Source of the DNA: an uncultured Porphyromonadaceae bacterium | GTDB taxonomy: Bacteria > Bacteroidota > Bacteroidia > Bacteroidales > Muribaculaceae | Assembly (NCBI GenBank): GCA_900547825.1 | Contig: URII01000004.1 | Span: 5,416 to 69,415, forward strand | Length of the DNA: 64,000 nucleotides | Direction: 5' to 3' | Shown: positions 54,201 through 61,839 of the stretch, piece by piece | Layout of the letters: every line of letters begins with the position of its first letter | Position numbering within the stretch: position 1 is the first letter of the stretch | Program-made: the position numbers and the translations under genes | The notes under the pieces: generated by a model | Databases searched by the model: none | What the model was told of the DNA's origin: nothing | Seen by the model: the letters and a program-made list of their open reading frames with translations, nothing else

Positions 54201-55053
54201 AAAGTATCTTATATTCTTTGCCTCCCTCAAGGTAGAATGCGGGAGAAATAAGCCAATCGTCAGCTGCCGACTGGCTGGCGTAAGGATATTTGGCACCTTT
54301 GGTGTCACCGGTCCATGTCTTGGCGTCATCATTGGCGTTCACCACAGTCCAAGCGGCATCAAGCGTGGAATTTTCCGCCAATTTCGATTCATACGGCAGC
54401 GGTGTGGTGTCATCAGGAGGAGTGACGGGATCGTCTGGTCCGGGGGTGACAGGCTGCGACTCGACCTCGGCTATGGCAAATGCCGACACCTGCGGGCATT
54501 TGATCATGTAATTGTAGCAGCGGAACGACAGATAGTAACTGCCCGCAGTCTCGACACTGAAAGTGACGCTTTCACTATTCCACGAAGCCTTATAGAAGCT
54601 CTGTCCGAGGTCAACATACGATTTCAACGTGCGTCCTGTAGAGAGGGCGCCCTCAGCATCATCAATTGGTGAAGTTACCAGCAACATAAGGTCCAGATTC
54701 TGGACCTGAACGGCGGCATCGTTCCACACATTTAAATTATAAGTCACTTTGTAGGTCTTTCCGGCCTCCAGAGTAAACAGCGGCGAGATCAGGAATGAGT
54801 TGTAGTCTTCCGAGCCATTATAATCCCATATACGTGCAGAATCATATTTCACACCACCCACTGTCGAGGTCTGCGAACCTGCTCCCATAACCCATGTAGA
54901 GGCTGTGGTTCCGGCATTCTTCTTGGTCCAGCCGTCATCGTTTTTCACATCACCCAAGGCCGTGAAATTAGCCGGCCCGTAAGGCAACGCCACAGAGGCC
55001 CAGGCCAATGCCGGGAATGCCAAAGCAGCGATTAAAGAGTAGATTTTTTTCAT
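51253..55053 (-). CDS. Giant secreted protein with about five choice-of-anchor J-like modules and a T9SS tail
   Basis: 1266 aa. Signal MKKIYSLIAALAFPALAWA. Repeated signatures SFLISPLF, DDWLISPAF, DFWLISPPI, NDWIISPEV, DDWAVSPKV about every 250 aa, with Fn3-like linkers. Tail ...GVYVVRFTLDGKVHTLKVVK. Confidence 0.85.
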   Translation of the reverse strand: MKKIYSLIAALAFPALAWASVALPYGPANFTALGDVKNDDGWTKKNAGTTASTWVMGAGSQTSTVGGVKYDSARIWDYNGSEDYNSFLISPLFTLEAGKTYKVTYNLNVWNDAAVQVQNLDLMLLVTSPIDDAEGALSTGRTLKSYVDLGQSFYKASWNSESVTFSVETAGSYYLSFRCYNYMIKCPQVSAFAIAEVESQPVTPGPDDPVTPPDDTTPLPYESKLAENSTLDAAWTVVNANDDAKTWTGDTKGAKYPYASQSAADDWLISPAFYLEGGKEYKILYKYQTHNYIEKFNTYIAKGEPTPENFKATEPLFEFADKSNGFMTPHSDTFTPAESGVYHVGFWCYSDQNMYNLYLTDFMITENVFYPAKPSSFNAIVAPNRELKVTLNWVNPTQSTLGTPFTEEQTIEEINLYRDDSETPFVTLTETLTTYDDTEALGLTPGFHTYAIDVKVAGVKSEKVTCDPGKYIGPIEPFTLPVALTFAKQTDYDDFWTAIKGEAQESTTDRWKWQSNSLGGYAYYYGTSNKQEDFWLISPPIVIAEAGYYNISTNAYVSSATAQPKLELWQGTECSIEGMVTCLNESLPLTNTNTDVVSVDFKVQEPGTYYFAFRTHGKAPSSFSYSIKDFNLKATEMTPAKVTELSVTPDPGKALTATLTWTCPVESTTGDPIAAGDYRIKVECDGEVLATLPGGTAEYTAEVLEAGVYTFNVITETTAGTTAGAVSVTSTWIGPKTVALPYFTTFKDNDPSVAIWDVVDANGDGKTWAISSASETAVCAQPDAVEGERRYNDWIISPEVVLESGYYHVNFFMKGGTSNQKLTYKVGVLEAGAYSADRITFLQFEEKQPGASYSTSDPSTSTDYAFKIDEAGTYQIAWGMDTPQPSLSYASYQLTLDGVTIDRLTLVPDVVSELAVTPAPDYVLSATVTWRNPTTSNVPGVTPDLSHALIFRNGEKIDSIYENLVPGELSTYVDNSVAEPGCHTYRVEIYSEGGKSADAAPEVVSEWIGGGLQVPYEVADNGFSTWSVYNVDGDKQSYYPYGDITWEVFGTGLKITKTSAAPDDWAVSPKVELELGKTYEIKLSEFLGYGNTDFAPYEFDVCYSTTSGYEGMQKIATVSVLADAVNINSKQNDVIYIKAVDPAELDVQADDTEPGEETVVNVPAGALNFGLHARSQGAVTVNSFGIYISTVGIDNILADGIGFDRTSGALTFDGVATGVMIADISGKVMFASDKAEGYISLDGLVKGVYVVRFTLDGKVHTLKVVK

Positions 55054-55099
55054 AGAACGGATTTATTAAATAAAATAATTTTTAGCATCATGTAACAGG

Positions 55100-55107
55100 C
55101 AAAAATA
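55100..55107 (-). promoter_or_regulatory. -7 promoter box (TATTTTTG on the minus strand)
   Basis: Plus-strand CAAAAATA, 47 nt upstream of the start at 55053. Confidence 0.45.
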
Positions 55108-55351
55108 ATTATATTATTTAATATCCGCAATTTATAAGCCATGTTTTTTATCTTAATACCACACATTTGACAATTTTATATTAAAATTGCTTTGCAAAGC
55201 CTCCACACCGGCATATCTATTGTACTTTTTCTCAATTTTCCCCATAATTAGCCACATATTTTCCGGCCATAACGGTCAGAAAATCGAATTAACAGCCAAA
55301 ATCAGCAAATTTTTCCACAAGTTATGGATTAAAACATATGTCAGCAGGCAA

Positions 55352-56149
55352 TTATAACCATCCCAAAGCGGCAGTGCGCCCTGAAGCAACAAGCTCCGGA
55401 CGGTGGACATCGCTGTTAACAATCAGAGTAACGCCGGCTTCCTTAAGCCGATCCACATATCTGCGCGACGGGAACATCCTGCCGCTATGGCCTGCATAGG
55501 CCTTGGTGTTTATCTCCACCGCCACGCCGCCCGCAATAACCGCATCGACAAGCCCGTCGGCAAGCTTCCTGTACCAAAGCTCATTCTCTATTCCCGGACT
55601 GAAGTGCGAAGCATTGTGGCCAATCTTGTCAAGATGTCCTACAATGTCGAATCCGCCGGCTTCCACCATAGCCACCGAAGCTCGGTAGAACTCAGTGACC
55701 ACATGGCGGATATCATTGGCGAAATACTTGGCCATCTTCAGGCGGAAACTGTCGAAACGTCCGTCAATATCCACATAACCGTCGGGGCCTTCGATAAAAT
55801 GCACTGAACCTATCGTGTAATCAAGTCCTATCGATGCGAAATAAGGATTCGCCGGCCCCCAGTCCTTCCCGAGCCAGTCAACTTCCATACCGGCAAAAAT
55901 ATCTATCCGGTCACCATATACAGAGCGGAGCCGCCTTATCTCATCTAAATAAGCTGGCACATCCGCAGCCGCCATGTTGCATGGCGACTCTATAGGCAGC
56001 GGCGAATGAGGCGTGAACCCGAAATAGCGCATCCCTGCGCCGATAGCGGCAACAAGAATCTCCTCCATCGGGGCATAGCCGTCGCAGAACTGCGTGTGGG
56101 AGTGGAAATTATAGTCAGGCGTTGACGATACTATCCGGGCGAAGTCCAT
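55352..56149 (-). CDS. PHP-domain histidinol-phosphatase (HisJ family)-like protein
   Basis: DYNFHSHTQFCDG near the N-terminus and later GHLD. The start is uncertain: I prefer ATG 56147-56149 (MDFARIV...) over 56176. Either start overlaps the cstA 3' end. Confidence 0.8.
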   Translation of the reverse strand: MDFARIVSSTPDYNFHSHTQFCDGYAPMEEILVAAIGAGMRYFGFTPHSPLPIESPCNMAAADVPAYLDEIRRLRSVYGDRIDIFAGMEVDWLGKDWGPANPYFASIGLDYTIGSVHFIEGPDGYVDIDGRFDSFRLKMAKYFANDIRHVVTEFYRASVAMVEAGGFDIVGHLDKIGHNASHFSPGIENELWYRKLADGLVDAVIAGGVAVEINTKAYAGHSGRMFPSRRYVDRLKEAGVTLIVNSDVHRPELVASGRTAALGWL

Positions 56150-57569
56150 ATTTACGCATAAAAACAAATGCCGCACCCGCCATGGCTATGATACCGCCGG
56201 CAAGCGATACCGCCCATGGAAGCCCGATACCGTCGCCAGCCACGCCGTTGGGTGCGAAAAGAATATATGTGGTGCAAACACAGGTCATGAACATGGCCGG
56301 GAGCGCCGTTATGTAAAAATTACGTCCATGACGGGCTAAATAAACCGAACATGCCCACAATGTAAACACAGAGAGGGTTTGGTTGGTCCATGCGAAATAC
56401 CGCCAGAGCACATCGAAATTTATCTGCATGAGCAGAAACGTCACAGCTATGATGGGAAGCGTGACCAAGAGGCGTTTCCATAGGCTGCGCTGGTCGATGC
56501 CGAATGCGTCGGCAATAATGAGCCGGAGTGAACGCATGGCAGTGTCGCCCGTGGTGATAGGTGCCGCAACCACGCCGAGCACAGCAAGTATGCCGCCGAA
56601 AGTACCGAGCCATGAGGTACAGATAGTATGTACAAGCGCACCTGCATCACTGCCGTTTTCGGCCATATAACCCGCCAGTCCGTCGTAACCGCCTGTAAAT
56701 GCTATGGCTGCGGCAGCCCATATCAGAGCCACTATGCCTTCCGATATCATGGCACCGTAGAACACAAACCGGCCATGCCGTTCGGTCTTGAGGCAGCGGG
56801 CCATCATAGGCGACTGTGTGGCATGGAAACCCGATATGGCCCCGCAGGCTATCGACACGAACATCATAGGGAACACCGGAGCGTCCTCACCCATGGAATG
56901 TCGGTTGAAAAGTCCCTCGGCCATACCGTCAGGTATTGTGACGCCTGAAAACAGAAGATGCCACATTATGCCTACAGCCATAAACAGCAGCGCGAATCCG
57001 AACACCGGATAGAGATTGCCTATTAGTTTATCCACCGGCAGCAAAGTGGCCAATACATAATAAAGGAATATCACCGCAGCCCAGAACGTAACATCCATAT
57101 AATCCGGGGTCATCATGCCGAGAAGTCCGGCCGGCGTTTTCACAAACACAGCCACTACCATAAGCAGCAACACTGAAGTCAACACCCCCATTATGCGTTT
57201 TATAGAGGTGCCGAGTTCAGTCCCCACCAGTTCGGGCAACGACTTGCCTCCTGAGCGCAACGAGATCATAGCCGATACGAAATCATGCACACCTCCGGCA
57301 AATATGGTGCCGAGCACTATCCACAGAAATGCCGCGGGGCCATACATCACGCCCATTATAGCACCGAAAATCGGACCGACACCGGCTATATTCAGGAACT
57401 GTATAAGATAGACGCGCCATGTTGTCATGGGCACGAAATCCACGCCATCAGGCTGCTCGGCCGCAGGGGTGGGCCGCAGGCTGTCAACTTTAAACACGCG
57501 CTCCACAATCGTGCCATAGATGAAATACCCGGCCACGAGCGCTATCAGCGAAATAATGAATGTGAACAT
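56115..57569 (-). CDS. cstA: Carbon starvation protein A (CstA family peptide/pyruvate transporter)
   Basis: 484-aa polytopic membrane protein. ...PTPAAEQPDGVDFVPMTTWRVYLIQFLNIAGVGPIFGAIMG... is the CstA signature region. Confidence 0.9.
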   Translation of the reverse strand: MFTFIISLIALVAGYFIYGTIVERVFKVDSLRPTPAAEQPDGVDFVPMTTWRVYLIQFLNIAGVGPIFGAIMGVMYGPAAFLWIVLGTIFAGGVHDFVSAMISLRSGGKSLPELVGTELGTSIKRIMGVLTSVLLLMVVAVFVKTPAGLLGMMTPDYMDVTFWAAVIFLYYVLATLLPVDKLIGNLYPVFGFALLFMAVGIMWHLLFSGVTIPDGMAEGLFNRHSMGEDAPVFPMMFVSIACGAISGFHATQSPMMARCLKTERHGRFVFYGAMISEGIVALIWAAAAIAFTGGYDGLAGYMAENGSDAGALVHTICTSWLGTFGGILAVLGVVAAPITTGDTAMRSLRLIIADAFGIDQRSLWKRLLVTLPIIAVTFLLMQINFDVLWRYFAWTNQTLSVFTLWACSVYLARHGRNFYITALPAMFMTCVCTTYILFAPNGVAGDGIGLPWAVSLAGGIIAMAGAAFVFMRKYGLRPDSIVNA

Positions 57570-57600
57570 GCTGTGAATATGGAATTATCTGTAAGAAAAA

Positions 57601-58830
57601 TCATAATCCGTCGGCGGTTTCGGCTCTTACCGCATCGTTGGAAAGCGAACGCAGGCGGGGACGCAGCTGCTCAAGCCTGGCCTCGCTTTCGAGAATGCGC
57701 GCGCCCACACCACGGTCGCCCGTGCGGTACTTCCTGCGCAGCGCGTCAAGTTCTTCCTCCAACGCATCATATTGATCCTGCACACTGAGCAGATCGTGCA
57801 TTATCTCCCGTGCCCGGGAATTGCGGAACTGGTCAAACCGGGTGTAAACCTTTCCTCCCGGCAGAGCGAAATAAAATTCAGCCTCTGCTTCGTGATGGGT
57901 CTCGCGGGAAGCGGCAGCTATGGCCGAACGCACAGCCGAATAATCCTTTCCCGGCTGCTGCGTGGCGGCGATAGAGGTCACCCGGGCCAACGCGCCGAGA
58001 TCAGGAGTATCAGGAGAGTAGTTTTGGCGTAATTCACCGGGGATGAAAGTGTATATGGTGACACTGTCGCCCGGATGGTTACGGTCTGTCGCCCACCATC
58101 CTGCTCCTGTAAGATCATCGATCACAAGCATGAAGTCGTCGTAAGGCGAATTATAGGGCATACCCACATTCTGCGGCTGGAGAAACGAGGTGCCGTCGCC
58201 CCGGCGCGACATGAATATATCGTAACCGCCCATCGAATCATCGCCCGTGGCGCCATAATACAGTGTAACACCGTCGCTCAACATGAACGGAAAATTGACA
58301 TCTCCGCCCGAGGCAAGCTCCCCTTCCACAGCAACAGCCGGGCTGGTGCTTCCGTCGGCGAGCAGATCGGCCGTCATGAGCTGCACGTTGCCCCCGGTGC
58401 TTCCCGAGCCCCACATAAACGATTGCCCGTCGGCAGTGGAGTATACGGAGGTGAACCCTGACGCGTCCAATCCCTTCGGAAGAAGTTCGGCAGGTGTGCC
58501 GATATGTCCCACAGAGGGTGACAGAGGTATATGACGGAAAAAATCAGCACGGCCTACCGTAACGCTGTCTATTATCTCTATGCGCTCCACACGGTCAAGC
58601 ATCTCGCGGGCCCGCTCTGTCTCAGCCCGGAGCCGGTGACCTTCTTCAGGCATATCCTTACGGCTCCGGCGCAATTTCGACTCAAGTTTATCGAGAAGCT
58701 CATCGGCCTGATCGAAATCATATTCAAGATAGGCTTTGCGGGCCTGAGTAAGCAACGGATCCGCCGCGCTCTGGCCCATTGCCAAAGGAGCGCACAGAAC
58801 CATGACCAACGGAATTATATATTTCAGCAT
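57601..58830 (-). CDS. Secreted hypothetical protein with an N-terminal TPR-like helix and a PD40/TolB-like beta-propeller segment
   Basis: I moved the start to ATG 58828-58830 (MLKYIIPLVMVLCAPLAMGQ), consistent with a promoter box at 58870-58877. ...SDGVTLYYGATGDDSMGGYDIFMSRR... resembles PD40 repeats. The function call is weak. Confidence 0.5.
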   Translation of the reverse strand: MLKYIIPLVMVLCAPLAMGQSAADPLLTQARKAYLEYDFDQADELLDKLESKLRRSRKDMPEEGHRLRAETERAREMLDRVERIEIIDSVTVGRADFFRHIPLSPSVGHIGTPAELLPKGLDASGFTSVYSTADGQSFMWGSGSTGGNVQLMTADLLADGSTSPAVAVEGELASGGDVNFPFMLSDGVTLYYGATGDDSMGGYDIFMSRRGDGTSFLQPQNVGMPYNSPYDDFMLVIDDLTGAGWWATDRNHPGDSVTIYTFIPGELRQNYSPDTPDLGALARVTSIAATQQPGKDYSAVRSAIAAASRETHHEAEAEFYFALPGGKVYTRFDQFRNSRAREIMHDLLSVQDQYDALEEELDALRRKYRTGDRGVGARILESEARLEQLRPRLRSLSNDAVRAETADGL

Positions 58831-58869
58831 ATCGGTAAATAACGGTTCGGTCAATGTTAAAGTAATGGT

Positions 58870-58877
58870 CAAAGATA
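58870..58877 (-). promoter_or_regulatory. -7 promoter box (TATCTTTG on the minus strand)
   Basis: Plus-strand CAAAGATA, 40 nt upstream of the preferred start at 58830 and inside the longer ORF-track version of the gene. Confidence 0.4.
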
Positions 58878-58951
58878 CTCACTTTCCGCCAACCCGGCAA
58901 AAAAATCTTACGGCACGTGGCCGCATAAGCCCCACATTAAATAAATTTCGT

Positions 58952-58959
58952 TAAATTTG
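58952..58959 (+). promoter_or_regulatory. -7 promoter box (TAAATTTG) only 4 nt before the start codon
   Basis: TAnnTTTG match ending at 58959, with the ATG at 58964. This implies a leaderless or nearly leaderless mRNA if it is functional. Confidence 0.35.
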
Positions 58960-58963
58960 CAGG

Positions 58964-60121
58964 ATGAACCGTATTATTGTCCTTGTTCTCGCCCTTGCCG
59001 CATGCGTTGCCGCAACAGCCGTACCGTGTGACTCGGTAGTGTCCGTGAGCCTGCTCACATGCGCTCCGGGCTCTGACATATATGAGCTTGAGGGACACAC
59101 GGCCCTGCGTTTCCGCATGGCCGACTCCACCGACATCACAGTGCACTGGGGTGTGTTCGACTTCAACGCTCCGGCTTTTGTATACCGCTTTGTGAAAGGG
59201 GAGACTGACTATATGTGCGGAGCTTCCGACACAGAAAGATTTCTCGACTCCTACGATGTAGCGTCGCGCGACGTGTTTGAACAGGTGCTGAATCTCGGCC
59301 CTGAGGGCAACAAACGCCTTTACGAAGCCGTGTGCACTAATCTCCTGCCGCAGAACCGCGTTTACCGCTACAACTATGTGCTCGACAACTGCGCCACACG
59401 TCCGCTGGCCCTAATAGAGGATGCTGCCGGCGTGCCGGTGGAGATAGAGGAGGACTACCGCGAATCCACCACGTTCCGCCGCATGATGCGCGAATATCAC
59501 CGCAACTATCCGTGGTATCAGTTCGGCATTGACCTGGCCCTCGGATCAGGTATCGACCGGCCCATAACCAGGCGCGAGGAAGGGTTTGCCCCTGTCACCA
59601 TGATGGAGATAGCAGGCAAAGCCCGCGTGAACGGACACCCGCTGACCTCTGAGGCCGTCAGGGTAGTGCAAGGATCCGCCGCCGGAGGCCCGAAGCCCCC
59701 TACCCCATGGCATCTTACCCCACTTGCCGCGGGATGGGCCATATTCATAACCGGCGCCGCCGTAATAATCATAGCAAGAAGGCGACACCGCATGCCCCGG
59801 GTGCTTGAGACAATATATTACACCATAGCGGGATTCGCAGGACTGGTACTGACATTCCTTATCTTCATCTCGGTGCATGAGGCCACATCACCCAACTGGC
59901 TTTACCTGTGGCTTAATCCACTGTGCCTTGCAGGCGCCATACTCATATGGTTAAAAAAATGCAAGCAGGCGGTGGTTTGGTGGCAATTTATTAACTTTGC
60001 AGCAATTATAGCGTTATGTGTCATAGCGGCAGCGGGAGTGCAGTCACTGAATTCCGCATTCTGGCCGCTTATGGCGCTTGATCTGTTGCTGTCAGTCAAC
60101 CGTCTTACTTACCGCAATTAA
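58964..60121 (+). CDS. DUF4105 (Lnb N-terminal domain) membrane protein
   Basis: 385 aa. VSLLTCAPGSDIYELEGHTALRF...HWGVFDFNAPAFVYRFVKGETDYM is the DUF4105 pattern. The C-terminal third is polytopic. Confidence 0.75.
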   Translation: MNRIIVLVLALAACVAATAVPCDSVVSVSLLTCAPGSDIYELEGHTALRFRMADSTDITVHWGVFDFNAPAFVYRFVKGETDYMCGASDTERFLDSYDVASRDVFEQVLNLGPEGNKRLYEAVCTNLLPQNRVYRYNYVLDNCATRPLALIEDAAGVPVEIEEDYRESTTFRRMMREYHRNYPWYQFGIDLALGSGIDRPITRREEGFAPVTMMEIAGKARVNGHPLTSEAVRVVQGSAAGGPKPPTPWHLTPLAAGWAIFITGAAVIIIARRRHRMPRVLETIYYTIAGFAGLVLTFLIFISVHEATSPNWLYLWLNPLCLAGAILIWLKKCKQAVVWWQFINFAAIIALCVIAAAGVQSLNSAFWPLMALDLLLSVNRLTYRN

Positions 60122-60151
60122 CGCATAAACCCTTTACACCGCCCCCACGAA

Positions 60152-61762
60152 ATGGACTCACGGCTCACATCGCCGCTTCAATGCACCACATTATGCCGCG
60201 CCATGGTAATAGCCATGGCCTTGACAGGGTGTCTCGGCGCCTCAGGGGCCACGCCACGCCCTTCGCTTGTGGTGGGAGTGGTAGTGGAGGGCCTCGATGC
60301 CGACTGCATAGAACTGCTGCGCGACTGCTTCGGGTCCGACGGATTCAACCGGCTCCGGGCGCAGGGTATAGAAATCACCGACATGATGTTCGGCCCGGAG
60401 ATGGATGCCACGGCCGCCACCACAATGCTCATGACCGGAACATCACCGGCTGTGAATGGAGTGGGAGCCGCCCTGACTTATGACCCCGCTACAGGACGCA
60501 CACAGCATATATTCCACTCGCCGAAAACATTAGGCAACTTCACCTCGTCGACCCTGAGCCCCGAAGCGTTGGGGGTCACCACCATAGCCGATGAAGTGGT
60601 TCTTGACAGCGACGGAACCGGCCGGGTGCATGTCATAGCGCCGGATTCGCCACAGGCCATAGCGCTCGCGGGCCATGCCGCCAACAGCTCGTTCTGGATC
60701 GACGGCAACACCGGGAAATGGGCTTCGTCCACACACTACAAGGAGGTGCCGTCGGCAGTAAGCAACCGCAACTACCGCAATCCGCTCACGGCAAGGCTTG
60801 ACACCATGACATGGTCCCCCTCCCTGAGCCTTGACCGCTATCCCGATCTACCTCCACACAAGCGGAAATATCCGTTTCGCATAACATTCGACAAAAAAAG
60901 CTGTCCCGACCCCGTGGCAGCATTCATGGCATCACCTAAAGCCAACACGGAGGTCACCGACATAGCCCTTGAATACATATCCTCGGCCACCACAGGCAAA
61001 CGTGGCGTCACCGACATGCTCAACATAGCCTACACCGTCGAGCCGTTCCCCTTCGGACGCGACGGCGACATGCGCCTTGCCTCGATGGACGCTTATGTGA
61101 AACTCGACGCCGAACTGGCCCGGCTCATGAAAGCCATAGACCGTTCGCCCGGCATGAACTCCACGCTGCTGTTCGTGGCAGGAGTTCCCGCACCTTCCGG
61201 ACGTCGCCGCGACGATGATAAATGGACTATGCCCGGAGGCACATTCTCGCCCCGCAAGGCCATGAGCCTGCTCAACATGTACCTGATGGCCATACATGGC
61301 AACGGCGAATGGGTGAGCGGCTACCACAACCGCAGAGTGTACCTCAACCGTGAACTTGCCAAGCAAAGGCAAGTGGACATGAACGCACTGCGACGCGAAA
61401 GCGCCGAATTCCTGACACGGGTCAGCGGAATAAGCGGAGCTGTCACAGCCGACGAGATATATACATCGGCAAAAGGCGAGACGGCACCTTCGCTCCGCGA
61501 CAACATAGTGCCGCGTGATCCTTTCGACATGATAATCACCGTGGCTCCGGGCTGGGAGATAGAAACATCTTCCGGCACCCAACGGCACATAACGGAGTCG
61601 ACAGCCACAGGCGCCTATCCCCTGTTCATAATGGCCCCGGGACGCCAGCCACGGAAAATCGACATTCCGGTGGACGCACGCCGCGTGGCTCCCACCATAA
61701 CACGCCTACTGCGCATCCGTTCACCCAACGGAGCCTCAATGCCGCCGCTGCGCATTGACTGA
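60152..61762 (+). CDS. Alkaline phosphatase / nucleotide pyrophosphatase superfamily protein
   Basis: 536 aa with a signal/lipobox-like N-terminus (ALTGCLG). The layout resembles the AP-superfamily proteins that usually neighbour DUF4105 genes in Bacteroidales. I could not confirm active-site residues by eye. Confidence 0.6.
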   Translation: MDSRLTSPLQCTTLCRAMVIAMALTGCLGASGATPRPSLVVGVVVEGLDADCIELLRDCFGSDGFNRLRAQGIEITDMMFGPEMDATAATTMLMTGTSPAVNGVGAALTYDPATGRTQHIFHSPKTLGNFTSSTLSPEALGVTTIADEVVLDSDGTGRVHVIAPDSPQAIALAGHAANSSFWIDGNTGKWASSTHYKEVPSAVSNRNYRNPLTARLDTMTWSPSLSLDRYPDLPPHKRKYPFRITFDKKSCPDPVAAFMASPKANTEVTDIALEYISSATTGKRGVTDMLNIAYTVEPFPFGRDGDMRLASMDAYVKLDAELARLMKAIDRSPGMNSTLLFVAGVPAPSGRRRDDDKWTMPGGTFSPRKAMSLLNMYLMAIHGNGEWVSGYHNRRVYLNRELAKQRQVDMNALRRESAEFLTRVSGISGAVTADEIYTSAKGETAPSLRDNIVPRDPFDMIITVAPGWEIETSSGTQRHITESTATGAYPLFIMAPGRQPRKIDIPVDARRVAPTITRLLRIRSPNGASMPPLRID

Positions 61763-61839
61763 CGCCATTGCCGTCTATGCGCCCCTCTCCTCCCCTTTTA
61801 AGAAAAATAACACCACCCAAATAACGAATATCAAGAGAA

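Noticed and set aside
42628-54672. Numerous plus-strand ORFs of 60-290 aa, for example 47858-48733, 48830-49624, 53998-54672 and 45128-45661.
   Set aside because: All lie inside the three giant minus-strand genes, whose frames are continuous over 3.8-4.7 kb with coherent domain repeats. The plus-strand translations are low-complexity.
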